From: Marispirochaeta sp.
GTDB lineage: Bacteria; Spirochaetota; Spirochaetia; JC444; Marispirochaetaceae
Reading direction: 5' to 3'
DNA length: 64,000 nt
Assembly (NCBI GenBank): GCA_963676835.2
Contig: CAXXFF010000004.1
Coordinates: forward strand, 128,001-192,000
The stretch's first letter is position 1, and each line of letters starts with the position of its first letter. This document shows positions 9,281-18,888 of this stretch, piece by piece. The position numbers and the translations under genes were made by a program. Under the pieces are notes generated by a model. It was not told the DNA's origin and ran no database searches. It saw nothing but the letters and a program-made list of their open reading frames with translations.

Positions 9281-10378
9281 TTAAATAAGATGCAGCCGCA
9301 GGAGCTCTTCCACCACCTTTTTTCGGGTAATCGGTTTAATAACATAGGCATCCGCCTGGTCTTTGAAGCTTTTACGGATGCTGTCTGCCTCGGAAACAGA
9401 GGAGACCACAGCAATTCTTGACCGGTCGAGCCCGGCAACGCCATGATCAGCTTCCAGACTCCTCATTGACTGAAGAACCTCCCGTCCGGACATTTCGGGC
9501 AGATTGATATCGAGAATAACCAGATTATAGGTATCGTTATCCAGAAGCTTCTGCCGGAAGGCATCCACCGCTTCCCGTCCGTCGACTGCCACATCACAGC
9601 TTCCAAAAGGGCCGAGAACCGACGCTTCAAGGTGCCGGGTTGCAAAATCATCCTCTACTATCAGGATCTTAAGGTCTGAGGGAGGGTTGCTGCCGGGAGT
9701 ATCAGGCTCCGTACTTACCTGCTTCTGCGCGACAGCTGAAGAGGCAGGGTCTTTAACCGGTTGGAAGGGATCGGATATGACCTCTCTTATTTTTGTCTCC
9801 GGTTCGGCACTTTCGAAAGTCAGAGTTACGGTAACCGTTTCCTGGGCAGTATCCCAGCTCTCCGGCGGTGGATCTGCTGAAACCAGGGTTCCTATGGCGG
9901 CAATGTTCCTGAACACCGGAAGTTTGCCGAAACGCTCGGCGGATAAGCTGGTTTTTACTGTTTTATGCAGCTGCCAGCGGCCTCCGGCTGCAGTCGCATT
10001 AGAAGGTTCTTCCCGGGAAGGGGCTGCAGGGGAATCAGAACCCGAAAGATCATAGCTTGTCTCTTCCGCACTGCCGAGATTCTTCCGGGTAATATCCAGG
10101 ACAACAAGAAACTCATCCACTACACCCGGGTCAAGGGAATCCCCGGTGTTACGGCAGCGGTCCATGATATTTTCGAGGTTATGCAGCATTTTCGAGGAAA
10201 CCGGAAATCCGCCCATTCCAAGGGCGCTCTTAAGGCTGTGGGCACTGCGGAACATGGAATGAATAAGAGCCGAAGCTCCGGACTCCGCTGCTTTATGCTC
10301 ATAATCAACCAGATCCTGTTCGAGGGCATCCAGATGATCAAGTATCTCCGCCATATAGGCTTCCTGTTCGGAACTCAT
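9281..10378 (-). CDS. CheA P1(Hpt)-P2-like domains fused to a receiver domain; no kinase domain
   Basis: MFRSAHSLKS Hpt motif; C-terminal ILIVEDD...LVILDINLP...YVIKP. Confidence 0.82.
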   Translation of the reverse strand: MSSEQEAYMAEILDHLDALEQDLVDYEHKAAESGASALIHSMFRSAHSLKSALGMGGFPVSSKMLHNLENIMDRCRNTGDSLDPGVVDEFLVVLDITRKNLGSAEETSYDLSGSDSPAAPSREEPSNATAAGGRWQLHKTVKTSLSAERFGKLPVFRNIAAIGTLVSADPPPESWDTAQETVTVTLTFESAEPETKIREVISDPFQPVKDPASSAVAQKQVSTEPDTPGSNPPSDLKILIVEDDFATRHLEASVLGPFGSCDVAVDGREAVDAFRQKLLDNDTYNLVILDINLPEMSGREVLQSMRSLEADHGVAGLDRSRIAVVSSVSEADSIRKSFKDQADAYVIKPITRKKVVEELLRLHLI

Positions 10379-10403
10379 AAATCCTTACATCCTGAAAATA
10401 AAA

Positions 10404-10757
10404 TTATTCAAAATACGAATCATAGTCGTGATTCACACAATAGGTGATAAGCCGGTCAATTTCAAACTTGAAGCCGGGGAAAGTTCCGGTATATGCAGCA
10501 ATATCCCCGGCGGCGGCTGAATCTTCCAGCTGCCCGGCCAGAACTGCCGATTCCGATGCTGCCGAAGAGATTAAAGAACTGCGGATACGGTGAGCAGTCT
10601 GTCGAACCTCTTCATTCTGCTGCAGCTCCACCGCCTTTTGCAGAACAGCAAGCTCTTCCGGCAGTTTCTCCATCAGGATCCCGATAACATCCTGAAAGAG
10701 GTCGGAATCGTCCTCATAAATCTCCTTGATCATGTTCTCGTCAAAAACCGGCTTCAA
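10404..10757 (-). CDS. Stand-alone Hpt domain protein
   Basis: TTG start after GGGGAG; AHRIRSS...A..LE pattern. Confidence 0.75.
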   Translation of the reverse strand: MKPVFDENMIKEIYEDDSDLFQDVIGILMEKLPEELAVLQKAVELQQNEEVRQTAHRIRSSLISSAASESAVLAGQLEDSAAAGDIAAYTGTFPGFKFEIDRLITYCVNHDYDSYFE

Positions 10758-10761
10758 ACTG

Positions 10762-11262
10762 CTACTCCCCGTGAATTTCGTTAACCAGGGCGTCAAAGAT
10801 AGTCAGCATGTCTGATGTTGTTTTACGCAGCCGCCCGGAGATAATCTGGGCAATAGCCCGGGTTATGGGCAGTCCGATGGAAGGATTATCATTTCCCAGA
10901 GAAAGGAAATCTTTCTTTGAGATAATAAGAAACTCCGAATCCACCGCTGCAAGTACCGTGGCGGAACGCTTGTCATCATCAATAAGAGCCAGTTCGCCGA
11001 AGAACACATTATTCTCCGCCTTCAGGCTCACCACCGTATAGTTATCCCCGGCCCGGGTCTGCTTGAGAATTTCCACCCCGCCGCTTAAGACAACGAACAT
11101 TTCGCTTCCGATGTCCCCTTCGCTGATTATGGTCTCCCCTCCCTTATAGCGTCTGGTGCGGCAGATTTCAATAAGCTTGTCCATATCTTCCGGTGTTTTG
11201 CTCACCTCTTTAAACAGGGAGATCTTTTCAAGGCGCTCCCGGACATTCTGGTTCTCGCTCAT
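10762..11262 (-). CDS. Cyclic-nucleotide-binding domain protein (no HTH)
   Basis: IISEGDIG, FFGELALID..KRSATV. Confidence 0.88.
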   Translation of the reverse strand: MSENQNVRERLEKISLFKEVSKTPEDMDKLIEICRTRRYKGGETIISEGDIGSEMFVVLSGGVEILKQTRAGDNYTVVSLKAENNVFFGELALIDDDKRSATVLAAVDSEFLIISKKDFLSLGNDNPSIGLPITRAIAQIISGRLRKTTSDMLTIFDALVNEIHGE

Positions 11263-12431
11263 GAGGCTTCACTCCTGCGTTCAAGTATGATTGCCATTGA
11301 ATGGGGACGGATCACATATTCATCGGAAGGCACAAAGACCGGCCGGTTTACTTCAAGCCCTTTCACCTTCTGCAGGTTGGTAACCAGGGCAGAGACATCG
11401 GATGTCTTCTGTGCATTGCGAAGAGCCTCAATCTTCATTCTGTTGGGCGAACCGGTATTTTCCAGAATCCCCAGGAGTACCGTATCCTCAAAGGCCCGGA
11501 AACCCTCTTTGTAGAGACCGAAGGTTTGCCCGATGTACTCTCTGGGAATATTCACCGTACCAAGAGCGGCTCCCCCTTCATCTGCACTGATGAGATCCTG
11601 AATAATGTGAGACATGCCGTTTACAATACTGGAGCGGGAGAGTATTTTACGGGAAAGATCCCGGGTAAAGATAACCTCATCACAGTCGGCATGTTTCAGA
11701 TAGCTCTCATACTTGCGGTCCAGAAGTTCCGCAGTGGTATATATATCCTTGGAAATCGCCTTTATGGTCAGCACGGTCATAACCGTTTTTGAGTCGGTTT
11801 CAGAGACAATGGAACTCTCAAATGTATCAGCTAAAATAAGCACCTTCCGGGCCCTGCGCACATTTGCCCGGCTGAGGGTGGCTTCCGAGAAATAGTCACC
11901 CCTGACGAACTTCAGCCCCTTAAGCTCCGAAACCTCTTTCAGCTCTTCTACGGTATCAGACTCAATATTGGAAATAAGGACAATCTTCTCGTCAGTCAAA
12001 TCGCTGCCTTCAAGAATGTCCAGAAGAATATCCCGCATATGCGCTTTCCACCCGCACACTATCAGATGGTCAGATAACTTGGGAAAATCCATCAATCCCC
12101 TCCTTGCTCGGGTGTTTCGCTCCACGAAGATTGAAGCCAGAGTACCGGACAGGGCACTGGTTGCGGCAATCCCTAAAAATATGGAAAGAACCGCTACAAT
12201 ACGTCCGGCACTGGTCATGGGAACTTTATCGCCGTAGCCTGTAGTTGAAAAGGTAATTATGGCCCACCAGAGGCCGTCCATAACATCCGCAAACTGATCG
12301 TTGGAGTTATTCTCCAGAAAATAGACAAGTCCGCCGGTCACCAGAAAAACCGAGAAAAAGAACAGTGCTATTCTCACCAGAGCAGAGTCAAAAAGATTAT
12401 TGAAAAACCGCTTTAAACGTTTATATGCCAT
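11259..12431 (-). CDS. 2-TM potassium channel with RCK (TrkA-N) domain
   Basis: WWAIITFSTTGYGD selectivity filter; HLIVCGW RCK start. Confidence 0.9.
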   Translation of the reverse strand: MAYKRLKRFFNNLFDSALVRIALFFFSVFLVTGGLVYFLENNSNDQFADVMDGLWWAIITFSTTGYGDKVPMTSAGRIVAVLSIFLGIAATSALSGTLASIFVERNTRARRGLMDFPKLSDHLIVCGWKAHMRDILLDILEGSDLTDEKIVLISNIESDTVEELKEVSELKGLKFVRGDYFSEATLSRANVRRARKVLILADTFESSIVSETDSKTVMTVLTIKAISKDIYTTAELLDRKYESYLKHADCDEVIFTRDLSRKILSRSSIVNGMSHIIQDLISADEGGAALGTVNIPREYIGQTFGLYKEGFRAFEDTVLLGILENTGSPNRMKIEALRNAQKTSDVSALVTNLQKVKGLEVNRPVFVPSDEYVIRPHSMAIILERRSEAS

Positions 12432-12434
12432 CTG

Positions 12435-13646
12435 TCAGTTCTCCAGCAGAGTGATCTCCACCCTTCTATTCAGCCGTTTGCCCTCTTCCGAGGAGTTATC
12501 CGCCACAGGGTCCCGGGCGCCCATACCGCGAATCACAACAGAATCCTCGCTGCGGGCACCCAGACGTATCAGGTAGTCCGCAACAACTCCTGCCCTCTCA
12601 AGTGAGAGCCTCTCCCGGCCTTCCCGGGTGCCCGCCAGGGCGGTATGTCCGGTAATAAGGACATCCCGTTGTGGATACTGTTTGAGAATTTCCGCAACTG
12701 CGGCAACCTTGCTCTCCTCTCCCGGCACAAAACGGGAGGAATCGGGGAGGAAACGGATATTATGAAGGGCGATTGTAACACCTTCATCATCAACACGTAC
12801 AGAGGAATCCTCTACTCCGTCTTCATTCAGGCTCCTGCGGATATCCTCTGCAACCGACTCCTTTTCCATCTTTTCAACGGCGGTAATCTCCGCCGATGAT
12901 GTACCGGAAAAGGTCCAGGAAGAGCCGTCGGTCATCTGCATGACCAGCTCAAACTCTTCGGTATACCCCCGCAGAAATCCGTTTGCGTTATCCCAGAAAA
13001 GATGCTGACTGGAGAAACCGCTGATGGAAACCGGGGCATATCCGCTGCTTGAGGGAAACCGATGATATACCTGGTAAACTGCATCCACAAGATCAACCGG
13101 CTCGTTTTGAAATTGTCCTTTGCCCTTGTAGGTGTAGGCCACATTGATGGGAAAACTTACCACCCCGAACCCGGCACCGGTATCACGGAAATCATGAACC
13201 TCTTCGCCGACGCCGACCCAGGTATCCCCGGGAGCAACATCCCTTTCGGGAAAGCTGGGCACATTGCGGACTACAGGAAAGGTATATTCCGATGGGACCT
13301 GCATATTACCCAGCAGATCCCTCCGGTATGCAGTTGGATGTTCCTCTGCCCACTGATAAGCCCCTGCATCGCCTGTTGAGCGGTTGGCAATCTGGAAAAT
13401 CCCTTCAAGCTCGCCGTAGTCTTCACCGGCGGCAGCTATTTTGTAGGCTATTTTATAGCGGAGCTCCGACTGCTGAACCGCCTGCTGAAAACCAAGCCGC
13501 TGGGTGACTGTCTCATCTACCCGGGCGACTGCTTTAAACTGGGCTTCCGGCTCATACTTAAAGCGGAATTCTTCAGCCAACAGTCCCGCCGGGAGCAGGA
13601 ATCCCGCTGCTAATGCAAGGAACAGGAGCAAGCTTCGTGGATTCAT
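12435..13646 (-). CDS. OmpA-family peptidoglycan-binding domain protein, exported
   Basis: Signal peptide; C-terminal ITGHTA...LSLERA...NRRVEI. Confidence 0.88.
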   Translation of the reverse strand: MNPRSLLLFLALAAGFLLPAGLLAEEFRFKYEPEAQFKAVARVDETVTQRLGFQQAVQQSELRYKIAYKIAAAGEDYGELEGIFQIANRSTGDAGAYQWAEEHPTAYRRDLLGNMQVPSEYTFPVVRNVPSFPERDVAPGDTWVGVGEEVHDFRDTGAGFGVVSFPINVAYTYKGKGQFQNEPVDLVDAVYQVYHRFPSSSGYAPVSISGFSSQHLFWDNANGFLRGYTEEFELVMQMTDGSSWTFSGTSSAEITAVEKMEKESVAEDIRRSLNEDGVEDSSVRVDDEGVTIALHNIRFLPDSSRFVPGEESKVAAVAEILKQYPQRDVLITGHTALAGTREGRERLSLERAGVVADYLIRLGARSEDSVVIRGMGARDPVADNSSEEGKRLNRRVEITLLEN

Positions 13647-13660
13647 TTTATCAACCTTCC

Positions 13661-13689
13661 TTGACAAAGGGACATAGCGCTTATATCCT
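13661..13689 (+). promoter_or_regulatory. sigma70 promoter
   Basis: TTGACA-N17-TATCCT. Confidence 0.55.
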
Positions 13690-13721
13690 CAAATTTAAGG
13701 TCTTCTACACAGGTAGCATGA

Positions 13722-15257
13722 GTGTTTCACAATCTTAGTCAGCCCCAGTCAGATTTACTGTTAACCATCCTCAACAACGCCGGCTTCGATGAGCCAACGC
13801 CGCTTCAGCAGAAGGTCGTACCGGTAATACTTTCCGGCCGGGATGTACTGGCGGAAACCCTCTATGCCGAGGGAAGAACCATCGCGTATCTTCTTCCGGT
13901 TCTCACCTCACCGCCGGCGAAACAGCCGGAACCTTCGGTACTGATCGCCGTGCCGGGAATTCCCCAGGTAAAAAAGACCATGCTCCAGGCACGCCGGCTG
14001 GCGGAGGGCAACGGAATCCCCCTGAACATGATATCCCTCGGCTGGGACACCCCCATCAAGCGGGAAGTGAAACAGCTTAAAGACAATCCCGGTATCATTG
14101 TCGGCACCTCGGTGCGAATAATTGACCATATCAGACGGAACTCGCTGGATCTTAAAAACCTTCAGGTTCTTATTATCAACCAGGAAAACCCCGAAAGCAG
14201 CGATGAATTTACCCGGGATATACAGTTTATTCACTCCAGGATACGCCGTAAACCTCAGACGGTACTGTTTGCTCCAACCCTGAGGGATACAGGAGAACTT
14301 GAAAAAGAGCTGCACTCTCCGATTATGGTGAAATCCGAAGACTGGGATACCAATAATCAGATTCAGAGCCTTTTTGAAGTTACCGACCCGACCCATAAAA
14401 GCGATGTATTACTGAGTCTTTTTTTAAGCGGAAGAATTACCAGGGGAGTAATCTTCTGCCGCACAATGGCAATAGTGAAAACTCTCGAAAAGAAGCTTGC
14501 CAAAGAGAATATTCACAGCCGCATACTATCTACCCGATCCTCAAACCATCAGAAGGAGGAGATAATTCGTCAGTTCAAGATCGGCAGCTTTCCATGTATT
14601 CTGACCAATCAGATTTCGGTTATTCCGGAAATAGAAAAATCCGAATATGTGATATTTTTTAACGTGCCAATTACAGACGAATCTTTTACAGACATTTCCT
14701 CCCGGATCACCGGCAGGTCAGAAACAAGGGTCGTCACGTTTATGACCAGAGAGGAATCGGGAACCTTACTGCATCTACAGGAGAAAAACAGAATGAAAAA
14801 GGAGAACTTGCCCGATAACGACGACGTTATTCGTGGAAAAGTTGAAAGTATTGTAGAACGGATCCGCGCTAATACGGATCCGGAAGAGCTTAACAGATAC
14901 AGGAAAATAATTCGAAAGAATGTACCCCTTAGTCTGCGTAGCTATGTCAGCGCTTATTTAATCAAGGAAGCCCTGGGAAACACCGCCCGGGGAGATAATC
15001 CGTTTAAAACGGTATTTGTTTCTGTGGGCAGGAATAAAAGGGTTTTCCCCCGGGACCTCTCCCGGCTTTTCGCAACCACCCTGGATATTTCTTCCGGTGA
15101 CATCGGCAGCATCAAGGTCCTGGATAATTACTCCTTTGTTGACGTTCCGGCAAGCCGCGCCCAGGAGGCGATCGATAAGCTGGACGGCAGTGATTTCCAT
15201 GGACGGAAAATCGCCGTCAATTTTGCCCGTAAAAAAGAGGAAAAAATCCTCAAATAA
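13722..15257 (+). CDS. Degenerate DEAD-box helicase-like protein with C-terminal DbpA RNA-binding domain
   Basis: Q-motif GFDEPTPLQ, IIVGT..RIIDHI, VIFCRT; C-terminal IGSIKVLDNYSFVDV. Confidence 0.8.
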   Translation: MFHNLSQPQSDLLLTILNNAGFDEPTPLQQKVVPVILSGRDVLAETLYAEGRTIAYLLPVLTSPPAKQPEPSVLIAVPGIPQVKKTMLQARRLAEGNGIPLNMISLGWDTPIKREVKQLKDNPGIIVGTSVRIIDHIRRNSLDLKNLQVLIINQENPESSDEFTRDIQFIHSRIRRKPQTVLFAPTLRDTGELEKELHSPIMVKSEDWDTNNQIQSLFEVTDPTHKSDVLLSLFLSGRITRGVIFCRTMAIVKTLEKKLAKENIHSRILSTRSSNHQKEEIIRQFKIGSFPCILTNQISVIPEIEKSEYVIFFNVPITDESFTDISSRITGRSETRVVTFMTREESGTLLHLQEKNRMKKENLPDNDDVIRGKVESIVERIRANTDPEELNRYRKIIRKNVPLSLRSYVSAYLIKEALGNTARGDNPFKTVFVSVGRNKRVFPRDLSRLFATTLDISSGDIGSIKVLDNYSFVDVPASRAQEAIDKLDGSDFHGRKIAVNFARKKEEKILK

Positions 15258-15276
15258 CCCCCCGAAGGCAAGCTTC

Positions 15277-15311
15277 AACACCCCTCCTGGCATCCAGGAG
15301 GGGTGTTTTTC
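15277..15311 (+). terminator. Intrinsic terminator
   Basis: AACACCCCTCCTGG-cat-CCAGGAGGGGTGTT followed by a T-run. Confidence 0.85.
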
Positions 15312-15332
15312 ATTATGGGTCTATTGGGTAGG

Positions 15333-16514
15333 CTATATAAAAAATCGAAGCAGGATAAAAATTGCTGACCCGTTGAGAACCAATGCGGCAAGAAACAGTG
15401 CTGCCGCGGCAATCTCTCTCAGCCGTGCGCCTGCAGCACAACGGCGGCTCAGATCGCCGGGATGACCGGGAATAAGAATGGACTCGGCAAAGGGATCTTC
15501 AACCCCGCCGCAGAAAGCAAAAAAACGCCGTTCCCGCAGTTCATGGGCTTTCAGGAGACGGGTTGTGCGTACTGCGAAGTCCGGACACTCCCGGCCTGTA
15601 CGGATCAGATCATCCCGGACTGTCACCCGGTACTCACTGCCGTCGGGCAGCCTGGTTGCCGCCCCTGCCCGGATCATTGATTCACTGAAAAACCGGCGCA
15701 CCGGCAGCATCAGGAGGTCCCGTTCCGCCCTCAGATAGCGCCCCGACCGCCAGATACGCCTGAAGAGAGAGTAGAAAAAGAGCCCCGGCGGGATAAAGGG
15801 GGCCGCAGGAAGCAGGCTCATGGTAAGTGCCATATGGGCAAAGAATAGATCCCTGGGAGTACGGAGGAAAATATAGGCCAGAATGAACAGAGTAAAGGAA
15901 GAGAGTGTTATGGACAGGGGGGTAAACTGGTTGAAGTATTCATTTCGCTGTCTCCCGGCCCATACTGCCCGGCGCAGCAGCATTGCAGGATCGCCGTCAT
16001 AAATCAGGACCAACAGCCCACTGCTCTCTTCCGCCTGAAACACCGGTCGTTCATTTTCATACATCAGGGTTCCCGCAACAAAGAGTCCGGTACCCTGAGG
16101 AAAGGAAGATATCTGCCTGCTTCTGGTATAGGCCGGTGGAATATCTGAAAAAGGGATCTCGTCCTGTTCAACCCGTATGCCCCTGGAGTCCTCAGTCTGA
16201 AGCTCACTCCCTGCGGAAAGGGTAAAGACAGAGATATCCGCGAGATCCACCTGAACCGAAAGTTTTCCGTTGGTTATCCAGATACGGTCATCCCCCCTGC
16301 CCGCCTCGATTCTTCCGAAAAAGCGGTATCGGCGGTTGGCGGTCTTTTCCCTCACAATTCGATAGGTCAGAATGGGATAGTCCATTGAAGCATAGAGGGC
16401 TTCCCGGAAAATACGCCACTGTCTGCGCACCCGGAAGGCTCCCAGAAGGGGGAAGAGAAAATATCCGGCAGATGCAATGCCGAGAATTATGAAGAGTTGA
16501 GCCACTTGTTGCAT
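15333..16514 (-). CDS. Hypothetical membrane protein
   Basis: 393-aa ORF with about four hydrophobic segments. Confidence 0.75.
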   Translation of the reverse strand: MQQVAQLFIILGIASAGYFLFPLLGAFRVRRQWRIFREALYASMDYPILTYRIVREKTANRRYRFFGRIEAGRGDDRIWITNGKLSVQVDLADISVFTLSAGSELQTEDSRGIRVEQDEIPFSDIPPAYTRSRQISSFPQGTGLFVAGTLMYENERPVFQAEESSGLLVLIYDGDPAMLLRRAVWAGRQRNEYFNQFTPLSITLSSFTLFILAYIFLRTPRDLFFAHMALTMSLLPAAPFIPPGLFFYSLFRRIWRSGRYLRAERDLLMLPVRRFFSESMIRAGAATRLPDGSEYRVTVRDDLIRTGRECPDFAVRTTRLLKAHELRERRFFAFCGGVEDPFAESILIPGHPGDLSRRCAAGARLREIAAAALFLAALVLNGSAIFILLRFFI

Positions 16515-16546
16515 ACCCTGATAAAATGAACTATTCTTATCCTACC

Positions 16547-17215
16547 ATGGTGGAAAGAATTATTGTAGGCTCCCTGAGCACCAACGCATACATTTACTCG
16601 GAATGGAAAAAAGAGTGTCTTGTTGTTGATCCCGGCGGAAGCCTTGATCTGATTCTATCTCAGATGGCAATAAAAAACTTTGTTCCTCTGGGAATTGTCT
16701 GCACCCATGGCCATCTTGACCATATTGCAGCAGCATACGACCTGCAGCATCACTTCCGGGATAAAGATATTGAAGTTCCCATTGCAATCCATGAAGCCGA
16801 TGCCCGCTACCTCGGCGTTGAGGCGGACAAACGGCATCGTGCAAGCTTCAGTGAGCTTGGCATAAATATGGAGGATGTACTGGAGGGAGATGTGCCCCTT
16901 TTTCCCGAACCGGACATTATCCTGAAAGAGGGATCGCAGATTCTTGATTCCGGTCTGGTTGCCATCCATACACCCGGACACACTCCGGGCAGTATCTGTT
17001 TGTACTCGGAAACCCACGGGATTCTCTTTTCCGGAGACACCCTCTTTTTTGAAGGTATAGGCCGGACAGATCTCAGCGATGGTGACGGGAATGCAATTCT
17101 GTCCAGTATTAAAGAGAAGCTTTTAACCCTTCCCGATGAAACAAGGGTTTTTCCCGGTCACGGGCCCAGTACAACCATCGAGCGGGAAAAAAAGAATAAT
17201 CCTTTTATAGCTTGA
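16547..17215 (+). CDS. MBL-fold metallo-hydrolase (glyoxalase II/YcbL-like)
   Basis: THGHLDH, HTPGHTPGS, FSGDTLF, PGHG. Confidence 0.9.
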   Translation: MVERIIVGSLSTNAYIYSEWKKECLVVDPGGSLDLILSQMAIKNFVPLGIVCTHGHLDHIAAAYDLQHHFRDKDIEVPIAIHEADARYLGVEADKRHRASFSELGINMEDVLEGDVPLFPEPDIILKEGSQILDSGLVAIHTPGHTPGSICLYSETHGILFSGDTLFFEGIGRTDLSDGDGNAILSSIKEKLLTLPDETRVFPGHGPSTTIEREKKNNPFIA

Positions 17216-17606
17216 AATCCGTAACGAGACCGGTAGCTCCCCCGAGACTCAGAAAGGGGTTGGTGTCTGCTTTAATGTAGGCAGCATGCAGCTTTTTCGA
17301 TAAATCCTGAATAAGAGCGTCCATACTTTTTTCAGACAATCCGGTCAGATCTTTTTCTGAAGGCAGCTTCATTGCCTCCCTGTTTTTCATCTTTACCAGA
17401 CGGTCAATAAGTGTATCGATTGTTCTCAGTTTTGATATGGGATAACCGCCGCCTGAAGGGTCGGGACGTCCGGAAACATGCTTGAACCGGGCATACAGCG
17501 CGTTGGCGCTGGAGACGGGAAGAGAAACCCTGCCGGAACCGCTGCTCCCCCGGATAACACTGGTGAGGGGGACTGTTCGATGTGTAGAAACTGATTGTAT
17601 AGCCAC
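17205..17606 (-). CDS. Hypothetical protein
   Basis: 133-aa ORF filling the gap; GTG start. Confidence 0.65.
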   Translation of the reverse strand: MAIQSVSTHRTVPLTSVIRGSSGSGRVSLPVSSANALYARFKHVSGRPDPSGGGYPISKLRTIDTLIDRLVKMKNREAMKLPSEKDLTGLSEKSMDALIQDLSKKLHAAYIKADTNPFLSLGGATGLVTDFKL

Positions 17607-17688
17607 CGGTTTTTCCCTTTTACTGCGAGACCCGCTATCGGGGCCTTACTTCATTTTCGGGAAAAAACGAAAGGCTGTTTAGAAAAAT

Positions 17689-18045
17689 CTACCTGTTTCG
17701 GCGTTCGTCCGAGCTTTTGCAGGCAATACACATAAGGGCATAAGGAATCGCTTCCAGCCGCTCTTTGGGTATAAGTTTATTGCAGCGCATACAAATTCCG
17801 TAACGCTCGTTCTTTATTCTGGAAAGGGCTGAATCTATAAGCCGGAGACGTTTTACATCGTTGGAGCTCAGTGTCTCGAGAGTTTTCCGGTCGATATCGT
17901 CTGCTGCTACATCAACCAGGTCCTTGGGATCCATATCATGCACGAGATTTTCAAAGTCCTGACTCTCGCTCATAAGGTTACTCACAATCTCTTCTTTCAG
18001 GGAAAAGAGCTTTTCCTTCATCTGGTCCACGAACGCTTTGTCCAT
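17689..18045 (-). CDS. dksA: DksA/TraR family protein, 4-Cys zinc finger
   Basis: DLVDVA coiled-coil tip; YGICMRC...RLEAIPYALMCIAC. Confidence 0.85.
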   Translation of the reverse strand: MDKAFVDQMKEKLFSLKEEIVSNLMSESQDFENLVHDMDPKDLVDVAADDIDRKTLETLSSNDVKRLRLIDSALSRIKNERYGICMRCNKLIPKERLEAIPYALMCIACKSSDERRNR

Positions 18046-18149
18046 ATGTCCTACCTTCGGTGTCCTGTGACGCAATATGGCAAGAGAATATGTAGCATAT
18101 GAGAAAAAAAGTCAAGCATATGACCTTTTCCGGGTAAAAACTCCTCACC

Positions 18150-18179
18150 TTGACAAAGAAAGCTGCAATATCCTACAAT
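18150..18179 (+). promoter_or_regulatory. sigma70 promoter of infA
   Basis: TTGACA-N18-TACAAT. Confidence 0.65.
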
Positions 18180-18203
18180 TTCGTCATACTCACAGGAGGA
18201 AAC

Positions 18204-18422
18204 GTGGCTAAAGAGGAAGCAATTGAAGTAGAAGGTATCGTAAAGGAGTCTCTCCCGAATACAATGTTCAGGGTGGAGCTCCAGAATGGACACGTTATCC
18301 TTACCCATCTTTCCGGAAAAATGCGCAAGCACTACATCCGCATAGTTCCCGGCGATAAAGTCCGGGTTGCCCTCTCTCCCTATGATCTGACCAGGGGAAG
18401 AATCATCTACCGGGAACGCTGA
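18204..18422 (+). CDS. infA: Translation initiation factor IF-1
   Basis: GTG after [17 protein letters not shown]...[15 protein letters not shown]...RGRIIYR. Confidence 0.97.
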   Translation: MAKEEAIEVEGIVKESLPNTMFRVELQNGHVILTHLSGKMRKHYIRIVPGDKVRVALSPYDLTRGRIIYRER

Positions 18423-18434
18423 GTCCCGGTACAA

Positions 18435-18887
18435 TCACCGTAAAATAACCCAGACAGCTCCCTCTCCCCCCATTGCAGGCTGCGGCACACCGTGCTCGCC
18501 GCAGAGGGGAGATTCAGCTACAAAGCGGCGTACCTGCCTGCGAAGCACCGACTCCCCGGATTCGGAATGGTTTCCCTTGCCGTGAATAATAAGCACCTTT
18601 TTTAATCCCCGCTTCTTTGACCTTTTAAGAAACGCGGTCAACTCCCTGATCGCTTCTTCCTGAGTATACCCGTGCAGATCCAGGGTCTCCTGGGGAGCCA
18701 TACGGCGAATTGTCTTACGGGAAGGACTCTTGTGCCCCGGAAGGTGATAATCGTCATCTTTCTGTTCCGCAGGGTTATCTTCCAGCCAGCGGTCCATAAG
18801 ATTGCGGTATTCCTCCTTCCGGGTATCATTCTTTTTTTCTTCGCTTCCCTGTTTTTCCCAGGCATCGAGAATATCGCCGAAGCCCAT
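18435..18887 (-). CDS. Smr-domain endonuclease
   Basis: LDLHG, IIHGKGNHS, GGEGAVWV. Confidence 0.9.
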   Translation of the reverse strand: MGFGDILDAWEKQGSEEKKNDTRKEEYRNLMDRWLEDNPAEQKDDDYHLPGHKSPSRKTIRRMAPQETLDLHGYTQEEAIRELTAFLKRSKKRGLKKVLIIHGKGNHSESGESVLRRQVRRFVAESPLCGEHGVPQPAMGGEGAVWVILR

Positions 18888-18888
18888 G

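Noticed and set aside
17653..17681. sigma28-like TAAA...CCCGAAAA upstream of the 17606 gene
   Set aside because: Spacing is one base off and the -10 has two mismatches; too weak to call
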